DNA from: Candidatus Thorarchaeota archaeon
GTDB taxonomy: Archaea > Asgardarchaeota > Thorarchaeia > Thorarchaeales > Thorarchaeaceae
DNA: 30,627 nt
Direction: 5' to 3'
Assembly (NCBI GenBank): GCA_020348985.1
Contig: CP070761.1
Span: 1,941,965-1,972,591 of the forward strand
The notes beneath the pieces are model-generated. The model saw only the letters and a list, made by a program, of their open reading frames with translations, searched no databases and had not been told where the DNA came from. Position 1 is the stretch's first letter. Each line of letters begins with the position of its first letter. This document shows positions 9,569 through 17,150 of the stretch, piece after piece. The position numbers and the translations under genes were made by a program.

Positions 9569-9571
9569 ACT

Positions 9572-10657
9572 TCACTCTGATTCTATCTCGCCCCATCTAT
9601 GGCAAGCGATCCAATGGTCAGTTTCTACCTCTCTGAACTCAGGTACTTGCTCCGGACAGATATCGACAGCAAAATCACATCTTGGATGAAACGGGCAACC
9701 GCTTGGTACATCCGTCAAATCTGGGGGGTCTCCTTTTATTCCCCTGAGTCTAGGTCTCTTTCCTCCTGCCTTCATTCTCATCATTGCAATCGTGGGGAAG
9801 CTTGCCATCAATCCCATTGTATATGGGTGAGCGGGACGGTGAAACATCTGAATTGCCTCGCCGTACTCCATGATTCTTCCTGCATACATGACTGCAACTC
9901 GGTCTGCGAGCTCTGCAATTACTCCAGCATCATGACTGATTAATAGAATAGCGACATCGAATTCATCCTTTATCATCGCAAGAACGTTGAGGATCTGTCT
10001 CTGAATCGTCACGTCCAATGCTGACGTGGGCTCATCTGCAATGACCAATCGCGGCCCCGAGATGAGTGACATTGCGATTAGGATTCTCTGAGCTTCGCCG
10101 CCTGAGAAACTTCCTGGATCTAGGACGAAACGAGTTCCAGAATCTGCAAGCCGGACTAGGTCTAGATACTCCAATACCCTGCGTTTCATTTCGAGTAATC
10201 TTGGATTCTCTTCATGGATCTCAATTGGCTCCCCTGTTTGCATGCCGATACTGTATTGTGGATTGAGGGCGTGCGTGAGCCCCTGTGGAATCATGGAGAT
10301 CTCTTTTCCTCTAATCTCACAGAGATCTTCTTCTGGCATGCACGTTAACTCGTCTCCTCTATAGATGACCTTTCCCTGAACACCGGGCCTATCTTCAACG
10401 TTGGGATCTTGTTCGAACTGAGCTCTGAGACCTGGTATGCTGGACCTACCTGCCTCATACTTCGCAATCTTCTCAAAAAGACCCACGATTGCCAGCGCCA
10501 AAGAGCTCTTTCCACAGCCGCTCTCACCTAACAGACCAACACACTCGCCCTCTCGGATCTCCAGAGAGATCCCGTCCACTGCTCGGACATGTCCCTTTTT
10601 CGACGCATAATATGCTCTAAGGTTCTCCAAAGTGAGCAGTGTGTCGCCCTTTACCAT
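9572..10657 (-). CDS. DppD/OppD-type ABC ATPase with C-terminal Cys4 (Fe-S) domain; no cognate permease in the window
   Basis: Walker A GESGCGKS, Q-loop MIPQ, signature FSGGE, Walker B VIADEPT, H-switch SHD, HPYT, C-terminal CPFHPRC-x6-C...IACH. Start is 10657 (ATG) or 10669 (TTG). Confidence 0.92.
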   Translation of the reverse strand: MVKGDTLLTLENLRAYYASKKGHVRAVDGISLEIREGECVGLLGESGCGKSSLALAIVGLFEKIAKYEAGRSSIPGLRAQFEQDPNVEDRPGVQGKVIYRGDELTCMPEEDLCEIRGKEISMIPQGLTHALNPQYSIGMQTGEPIEIHEENPRLLEMKRRVLEYLDLVRLADSGTRFVLDPGSFSGGEAQRILIAMSLISGPRLVIADEPTSALDVTIQRQILNVLAMIKDEFDVAILLISHDAGVIAELADRVAVMYAGRIMEYGEAIQMFHRPAHPYTMGLMASFPTIAMMRMKAGGKRPRLRGIKGDPPDLTDVPSGCPFHPRCDFAVDICPEQVPEFREVETDHWIACHRWGEIESE

Positions 10658-10690
10658 TGTTGTGACCAAGGCGTTCAGGAGTCCAATTGG

Positions 10691-10697
10691 TATTAAA
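10691..10697 (-). promoter_or_regulatory. TATA-like box upstream of the first ABC ATPase
   Basis: TTTAATA on the minus strand in the divergent intergenic region, 22-28 nt upstream of TTG 10669. Confidence 0.35.
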
Positions 10698-10798
10698 CGC
10701 TATTGACTTGGGAAGAAGATTGCACATATCCAGCCCATTACCGTCTTCTTAATCTAGTGCAAATGACTGTGTCTTGGCTAACTAAGGACTGATTTGAG

Positions 10799-11911
10799 AT
10801 GACGAAGCCGACAGTCTACTTCTCTGACAGAAATACTGAATCCACGAACAACATGCTCGACAAGCTAGAGCGAATATGTGGGGAACTTGGTCTGCCTGAC
10901 GCAATTGGCGAAGGTGACCGGGTTATGATTAAGACACACTATGGTCTAGTGGGGAATACTAATCACGTTCGTCCGGTCTTTGTCCGCACAGTTGTCGACT
11001 TGGTCAAACGTGCTGGTGGTATCCCGTTTGTTGCTGACACTTGCGGGTTGGGTTATGGAAGCGAGCGCCCCTATGGTGGGCGAACCACGGCACCCGACTA
11101 CCTGATGAGGGCTGAGATGAACGGGTATGCTTCTTCTGTAGTGGGTGCTCCTCTGCTATTGGCTGACGGATACTGGGGAGTAGATACATACGAAGAGAAG
11201 ATCGATGGGGACTTCGTTGATTCTGTGTCGGTTGCAGCAGCGGCAATGAATTGCGACAAGATTGTTGTGCTCTCCCACGCGAAGTTTCACCACATAGGGA
11301 TAGCAAGCGCCCTGAAGAATATGGGAGTCGGTATGGTTGGCAAAAAGAGCAAGACTGCTGTTCATGCTCCTCGTGGTCTGGAGATTCTCCAGGAGAAGTG
11401 CATAGGCAAAGATTGTTCCAAATGCATTCCGGTATGTCCGACAAGATGCATCACTGTTGAGGATACAGTCTCAGTAGACATGTCGAAATGCGTGCAATGT
11501 GGGCACTGCTCTTCCATTTGCTCCGGCAAGGTTCGGGCAAAAGCATTGAAGGTTGCCTGGACGGGCGACAACATGGCTGAGAGAATTGTAGAGAATGCCA
11601 TGGGAGTCATCAATGCTGTAGGGTCTGAGAAAATCTACTACATCAATTTAGCCTTGGACATTTCCGATATGTGTGACTGTGTGTGCTACGGGGCTCCTCT
11701 TCTCATGCATGACCTTGGTATCTTCGGATCTCGAGACCCTACTGCGATTGACCATGCCACCCTCAAGAAGATGGAGACTGCCCATCGCAACGAAGTTGCA
11801 GCTTCAATTAGCAAGATTGACGGTCTGGTCCAGAAATCCCAGGCATTCTTCGAGCACGCTTTGAAGGTGAGACTCGGGGCCGTCGAATACGACTTCATTC
11901 AAATCGACTAG
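10799..11911 (+). CDS. DUF362 domain protein with 2x[4Fe-4S] ferredoxin insert
   Basis: IKTHYG..GN...RP, ADG, SHAKFH, ALKNMGVG, CIGKDCSKCIPVCP / CVQCGHCSSIC, CDC, SRDPTAIDHA. Confidence 0.88.
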   Translation: MTKPTVYFSDRNTESTNNMLDKLERICGELGLPDAIGEGDRVMIKTHYGLVGNTNHVRPVFVRTVVDLVKRAGGIPFVADTCGLGYGSERPYGGRTTAPDYLMRAEMNGYASSVVGAPLLLADGYWGVDTYEEKIDGDFVDSVSVAAAAMNCDKIVVLSHAKFHHIGIASALKNMGVGMVGKKSKTAVHAPRGLEILQEKCIGKDCSKCIPVCPTRCITVEDTVSVDMSKCVQCGHCSSICSGKVRAKALKVAWTGDNMAERIVENAMGVINAVGSEKIYYINLALDISDMCDCVCYGAPLLMHDLGIFGSRDPTAIDHATLKKMETAHRNEVAASISKIDGLVQKSQAFFEHALKVRLGAVEYDFIQID

Positions 11912-11928
11912 CGAGAGAATCTTGCGTA

Positions 11929-11948
11929 CTCCGGACTCATGTCTGGAG
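11929..11948 (+). terminator. 8-bp hairpin (one G-U pair) downstream of the first DUF362 gene
   Basis: CTCCGGAC-TCAT-GTCTGGAG, 17 nt after the stop. Confidence 0.35.
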
Positions 11949-12158
11949 AACCTCCCCGATTCCAGAAGCCCAGAATAGGGACCATGTCAAAACAGAGCGC
12001 GCCAGAAATCTTCTACAAGAGTATAAAGAAGAAGAGTTGGCGCAAGTAGTCTTGGCTTTGTTCGAGGAGCAGGATTACCAGCACCCTCATCTCTCCACAC
12101 GTTGATGACATGGAGAGACATAAGAGGCCAATCTGTAGGAGACAGTCGAGGCCTGCGG

Positions 12159-12926
12159 GTGGCACAGTTAGAAGAGATTACTCCGCATGTTGTGGCCATC
12201 ACTACTGGTTGGAGTGGTGGAAATGTGGGTGGCATTGAGCTTGACAGCTTTTCCGTTGCCGTAGATACAACCAAGAACTACTCCCTTGCATTAGAGTTTC
12301 GCAAAGCGCTCGAAAATTGCTTCAACAAACAGGTAAAGCATGCCTTTCTTACTCACCATCATTCAGACCACGTAAAGGGAATGGATGCATTCATAGAAGG
12401 CTCAGTTCTGAGCTCAAAGTGGACTGCCAGCAAGGTGCGCTCATTGACAAGCGTCACGGGTTTTCCATCAAACACCTTCGAAGACGAGTACAGAATAGAA
12501 GACGAACATCTGCATGTGGAACTGTATCACTCAGGCGGTCATACCCAGGACTCAAGCTACCTTTACTTCCCACATGAGAAAGTGATCTTTGCAGGTGACC
12601 TGATATTCCAGGGATATCTGTTCTTCTCAGGATACAAGTGTGACCCAATAGCGTGGATTTCGACACTGGAGCATTTCAGAGAACTTAGACCAAGGAAGAT
12701 CATTCCTGGTCACGGTTCTGTTCTTTCATCCCCTGCTGATTTGGAGAAACACATCACACTGATGTATCGATTCAAAGAGGCCATTCAAGAAGGGAAAGAA
12801 CAGAACATCGAGCCTCGGTCGATTGAGGTTCCCGAATTCGTTCTAAGCTACTCGGAGCGTGTCCCAGAAATCGAACTGGTCAAGTGGTTCCGTCGTACTG
12901 CAGTCAGCTGGTATCGCCATCTCTAG
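12159..12926 (+). CDS. MBL-fold metallo-hydrolase (cyclase-like subgroup)
   Basis: THHHSDHVKG, GGHT, FAGD, PGHG. Start probably GTG 12159 (ORF open from 12102). Confidence 0.9.
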   Translation: MAQLEEITPHVVAITTGWSGGNVGGIELDSFSVAVDTTKNYSLALEFRKALENCFNKQVKHAFLTHHHSDHVKGMDAFIEGSVLSSKWTASKVRSLTSVTGFPSNTFEDEYRIEDEHLHVELYHSGGHTQDSSYLYFPHEKVIFAGDLIFQGYLFFSGYKCDPIAWISTLEHFRELRPRKIIPGHGSVLSSPADLEKHITLMYRFKEAIQEGKEQNIEPRSIEVPEFVLSYSERVPEIELVKWFRRTAVSWYRHL

Positions 12927-12987
12927 TCGCCTTGGGAGCCAACAGATAGGTACAAAGAAATAGGCTGCAATCAATCCCGATTTCGGG

Positions 12988-14193
12988 ATGGTCAACGTGT
13001 CCAAAGTAATCTTTACAGACAGGAGTGCAGAACCACATTACAACATGCTCGACAAGCTGGAACACGTGTTCCAAGAACTCGGACTTGATGAGGCAATACA
13101 GCCCGGAACGAGAGTCCAGGTCAAGACCCACTTTGGCAACTGGGGCAACACGAATTACATCCGGCCGGCCTACGTGCGAAAATTGGTTGACTTGGTCAAA
13201 GATGCAGGAGGGATACCGTTCGTCACAGAGACATGCGGACTTGGCTATGGCGCTGGTGGTCGGTATGGTGGAAGGACAACGGCAATTGAGTATCTTACTA
13301 TGGCTGCTCATCATGGCTTCACTGAGGCTTCGATGGGAGCTCCTTTGATGATGGCAGATGGCTATTGGGGCACTGACGTCAGAACAGTGAGTATCGAGGG
13401 TGGCGATTTCGTTGAAACGGTTCATGTTGCCTCAGCTGTCTTAGATTCAGACATCGTAATCATGCTTACACACGCGAAAGGACATGGCCTAGGTGGACTC
13501 GGAGGGACCTTGAAGAATTTAGGCATCGGTCTAGTTGGCAAGCGCAGCAAATCCAAGATGCATTTCGGAGGTGACTTTACGATTAATGAGGAGAAATGCC
13601 TCGGTCCTGAATGTGGCAAGTGCATGCCAGTCTGTCCTGTCAACTGTATATCGATGAATGACAAAGCAGTGATAGATAATGACAGTTGCATGGGTTGTTC
13701 ACACTGCAGAAGCATCTGTCAGAGCGTTGTGAAAGCCAAGGCAGTGCAAGTAGTCTGGAGGGCCAATGAAGAGCAGGCCCACGTCTTCGTTGAGAATGCA
13801 GTGGGTGTAGTGAATTCGATTGGCCGAGACAAGTTCTACTACATCAACCTGGCAATTGACATATCTGACAAGTGCGACTGCTGGAATGTTGGTGCACCTT
13901 TGCTCGTGCATGACATTGGCATCTTTGGCTCAAGAGACCCTGTCGCAATTGATCAAGCTACACTTGACGCTATAAACGACGCAGTTCCGAATCCTAATTC
14001 AGCGGTTGCAGGCCTAGAATGCGGCGAGCCGAAGTTCATGACTGCGCATGCCTGCAAAGACAAGTCAGGTGAAATCATTCATCTTGCAGAAAACCAGCTT
14101 GCTCATGCGAAGAAGATGGGGCTGGGCTCTAGAGAGTACGAGCTCGTCACCATAACCAAAGAAAAGCCCGAGAGAGGCTCCGACTGGCCGTAG
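12988..14193 (+). CDS. Second DUF362 domain protein with 2x[4Fe-4S] ferredoxin insert
   Basis: VKTHFG..GN...RP, ADGYWG, THAKGH, TLKNLGIG, CLGPECGKCMPVCP / CMGCSHCRSIC, CDC, SRDPVAIDQA, GLGSREYEL. Confidence 0.9.
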   Translation: MVNVSKVIFTDRSAEPHYNMLDKLEHVFQELGLDEAIQPGTRVQVKTHFGNWGNTNYIRPAYVRKLVDLVKDAGGIPFVTETCGLGYGAGGRYGGRTTAIEYLTMAAHHGFTEASMGAPLMMADGYWGTDVRTVSIEGGDFVETVHVASAVLDSDIVIMLTHAKGHGLGGLGGTLKNLGIGLVGKRSKSKMHFGGDFTINEEKCLGPECGKCMPVCPVNCISMNDKAVIDNDSCMGCSHCRSICQSVVKAKAVQVVWRANEEQAHVFVENAVGVVNSIGRDKFYYINLAIDISDKCDCWNVGAPLLVHDIGIFGSRDPVAIDQATLDAINDAVPNPNSAVAGLECGEPKFMTAHACKDKSGEIIHLAENQLAHAKKMGLGSREYELVTITKEKPERGSDWP

Positions 14194-14208
14194 ATTTGAC
14201 TGGAGGAC

Positions 14209-14739
14209 ATGCCCTTGAATGAAGAATGGTTCCGGAGAATGTTGATTGAGGCGCACAACAATCAGAGAACGCATCTACAAAGAATCATCCACGGTCTAGA
14301 TGAAGAGACGTTGCGGAGACTGGTGTCAGAAGGGGAACGATACTCGACCATATTGGATCTTATATGGCATCTGGGGGCGGCAGAAGTCTATTGGTTCTAC
14401 AAGGCTGGCCATCCAATCGGACCCCGGTATGACGATAGTGAGACTTCTGTCGTGCTGAACAGGTTATCTGAGAATAGCGACCGAATCGCAGAGGTCATCA
14501 ACACATGCAGCCAAGAACAGCTTCGTATCATTCCTCCATCTCCTGAAGGAGGGCCATCGGTGGCATGGGCCTTACTCCGCACGTTCATGCACGGAATCTA
14601 CCATGCAGGCCAGATTGCAAAGATCCGGAGAGTGATTGGTGCTCCTGAACTTCCTGAAGAAGAAGTCAATTCGTGGGCTCTGGCAGTTGACTCAGTCGGA
14701 GTTCTAGTTCACGGTCTGTTGCATGATGATCTGCCGTAA
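14209..14739 (+). CDS. DinB/YfiT-family protein
   Basis: HLGAAEVYW and HGIYHAGQI metal-binding His pattern; GGAGG RBS; 15 nt after the second DUF362 gene. Confidence 0.85.
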   Translation: MPLNEEWFRRMLIEAHNNQRTHLQRIIHGLDEETLRRLVSEGERYSTILDLIWHLGAAEVYWFYKAGHPIGPRYDDSETSVVLNRLSENSDRIAEVINTCSQEQLRIIPPSPEGGPSVAWALLRTFMHGIYHAGQIAKIRRVIGAPELPEEEVNSWALAVDSVGVLVHGLLHDDLP

Positions 14740-14814
14740 ACTCATCCAAGATGTACTAATATGGCCTTGAAACGAAACGTCTATATCTGCACAACTTGGG
14801 ACGGCGTTGCTTCT

Positions 14815-15876
14815 ATGCCACACTTTGGAGAGGCTGGTCTAGTAAGAGATGTAGTCTTGGTTCTTAACACAGGAATCGTCGTTTATTCCAGTCTCTTTGC
14901 TGTTATGCTTCTTGGTCGGTGGTTCACTTCTCGAAGACGCTCTGTAGCTGATATTAGGCTGGCATGGGCCGTGTTTCTTGCTGGAATTACAGCGAATTCG
15001 TTCTCGTTTGTTATGAGTGATTTCTACTTTCTTCAGGAGCCATTGAGAACCATTTGGGTAAAGATAGGTTACATCTCACTCATCCTGGCGCTTGTGGCGT
15101 TCTTCGCTGCCATCGAGCAAATCATTCCTGGGCGGACGCGCCACACTCTCACAATCTCTGGGCTTGCGATGGTGGGATTGACAGCAGTTTCGCCTGCAGA
15201 GTTCTTGATTTTGATAGCGCTGGCTGGAGCTTTTGTGGCACTAGTTGGGACGTTTCTGTTTTTCGATTACTCTAGAAAGAACACTGCTGGAGCCGTCCGG
15301 AAGAGTGTCAATCAGCTGATAGTTGGCTTCCTAATTGGTTTCGTGGGTTTTCTTGGAAGAAGTGACTTTGTCTACATGACTCTCGGACCTGAATACTACA
15401 TTTTTGGTATGTCCATCCTCTTTTTCGGGCTTGCTCTCTTCGGACATGCTCTGGCCACGTCACCCGCCTTGGACGAGCTGGACTGGATGAAACAGATTGT
15501 AAGGCTCTATGTAATTCAAGAAGGGGGAATACTGGTCTATTTTCACGAATTCTCGGAGACTGAGCAGTCTGACCAGTTCATGGCGGCTGCCGGGATCTCG
15601 GGTATTCAATCTCTCATGATGGAAATCACTAGGAGTCAAGAAGGATTAAGCACCCTTTCCGTTGGTCAGTTCGAAATTGCGTTTGCCCATGGGCCTTCCT
15701 TTGCTAGCGTTCTTGTTGCACGGAAACAGTACACAGTCCTAGTCGAGAAAGTGACTGAATTCACTGCCGAGTTTCAGCAGACATTCGGACCGATACTACC
15801 AAACTTTAGCGGAGATCTAAGGATGTTTTCCTCAGCATCCGAGATAATAGACTCAGTATTCCAGTTTAGAGAATGA
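14815..15876 (+). CDS. 7-TM membrane protein fused to a C-terminal longin-like domain
   Basis: About seven hydrophobic segments, then LYVIQEGGILVYFHEF / AAAGISGIQSLMMEIT / beta strands / EFTAEFQQTF...FSGD...F. This matches the pattern of Asgard longin-like domains. Start is 14761 or 14815. Confidence 0.72.
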   Translation: MPHFGEAGLVRDVVLVLNTGIVVYSSLFAVMLLGRWFTSRRRSVADIRLAWAVFLAGITANSFSFVMSDFYFLQEPLRTIWVKIGYISLILALVAFFAAIEQIIPGRTRHTLTISGLAMVGLTAVSPAEFLILIALAGAFVALVGTFLFFDYSRKNTAGAVRKSVNQLIVGFLIGFVGFLGRSDFVYMTLGPEYYIFGMSILFFGLALFGHALATSPALDELDWMKQIVRLYVIQEGGILVYFHEFSETEQSDQFMAAAGISGIQSLMMEITRSQEGLSTLSVGQFEIAFAHGPSFASVLVARKQYTVLVEKVTEFTAEFQQTFGPILPNFSGDLRMFSSASEIIDSVFQFRE

Positions 15877-16999
15877 ATTCAGGCAGCTCTTCATACCTAT
15901 GGCAGAGCATCCAGTGCCCTCGCTCCACTTCACGATACTCGGGCATTTGCTCACGACAAACTTCTTTGGCATATTCACACCGGGGATTGAAGGGACATCC
16001 TGCAGGCGGGTTCGCCATATCAGGGGGATTCCCTGGTATTCCACGAATCCTGAGTCCCTTCTCGCGTATAGTCCTCATGAGCTCCATCGGGGGGTTGCTC
16101 ATAATGAACGCGCGAGTGAATGGGTGTCCTGGTGACTTCAAAATCGTGTGTACATCTCCAAACTCCATCAGCTTACCTGCGCTCATCACTCCCACTCTAT
16201 CGGCAGTTTCAGCCATGACGCCTTGATCGTTGCTGATCATGAGGACAGATAGGCCGAGTCTTTCCTTGGCAAGTATAATTGCATCGAGAATCCTCTGCTG
16301 TACTCCTACATCAACTGCTGTTGTAGGCTCGTCTGCAATCATCAAAGAAGGTTCCATTATCAGTGCCATTGCAATGAGAATTCTCTGGTCTTCTCCTAGG
16401 CTGAATTCTCCAGGCTTGAGACTCTTCCGAATATCAACGTCGCCAATCTCAACGAGGTCCAAAACCTCAAGGACACGACGTGCGACCTCGCGCTCCCAGA
16501 GGATGTCATCATCATCATGTGCCCACAGTGCCTCTGCAGTTTGCAGATCAATTTCGGTATAAGGATTCAGGGAGCCAGCTAGTCCTTGGGGGACATACGT
16601 AATCTCGTTCCCCCTAACCTTACGAAGCTCTTTCTCTTTCAGAGCTAGTAGGTCTTTCCCCTTGAACAAGACGCGCCCCCAAACGCCTGGAAGTTCTTCG
16701 CCCATCTCCTCTGGTGTCATTCCCTTCTTCCTTGCCTTGTCGTGGAGAGCCCATAATCTCTCACTTTCTTCACTCGCAGATGCAGTTGCGTAGAATCTTG
16801 AGACTTTGTTGAAGATGCCAAGTATGGATAGAGCAATGGATGATTTCCCTGCTCCAGACTCGCCGAATATGCCGACCGACTCACCCTCCTTCACGCCAAA
16901 CGAGATGCCATTGACCGCGCGGATGAGTCCAGTCTTGGATGTATGGAATGCCCTGAGATTCTCCACTTCGAGGAGGTAATCGGATGAGCTGTCTTGCAT
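15866..16999 (-). CDS. DppD/OppD-type ABC ATPase paralog with degenerate signature and H-switch, and a C-terminal Cys4 domain
   Basis: Walker A GESGAGKS, YVPQ, signature FSLGE, MIADEPT, SND in place of SHD, HPFT, CPFNPRC-x6-C...LCH. Confidence 0.9.
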   Translation of the reverse strand: MQDSSSDYLLEVENLRAFHTSKTGLIRAVNGISFGVKEGESVGIFGESGAGKSSIALSILGIFNKVSRFYATASASEESERLWALHDKARKKGMTPEEMGEELPGVWGRVLFKGKDLLALKEKELRKVRGNEITYVPQGLAGSLNPYTEIDLQTAEALWAHDDDDILWEREVARRVLEVLDLVEIGDVDIRKSLKPGEFSLGEDQRILIAMALIMEPSLMIADEPTTAVDVGVQQRILDAIILAKERLGLSVLMISNDQGVMAETADRVGVMSAGKLMEFGDVHTILKSPGHPFTRAFIMSNPPMELMRTIREKGLRIRGIPGNPPDMANPPAGCPFNPRCEYAKEVCREQMPEYREVERGHWMLCHRYEELPEFIL

Positions 17000-17020
17000 G
17001 GCACAAGCATGTCACGGTCG

Positions 17021-17029
17021 TTTATAATA
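17021..17029 (-). promoter_or_regulatory. TATA-like box for the second ABC ATPase
   Basis: TATTATAAA on the minus strand, 22-30 nt upstream of ATG 16999. Confidence 0.5.
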
Positions 17030-17150
17030 CTCTACTAATCACGCACAAGATTGCATTGAGGCTTGGATATGTTTGACATTTGGTTTGATGCTTCAACAAC
17101 AGGGTTAATACTTAGACACGGAATCTCGATGGACGCGGGAGAACAGTTCG

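Noticed and set aside
9325-9689. ORFs 9325-9636 and 9444-9689
   Set aside because: No motifs, atypical composition, and antisense overlap with the ABC ATPase 3' end.
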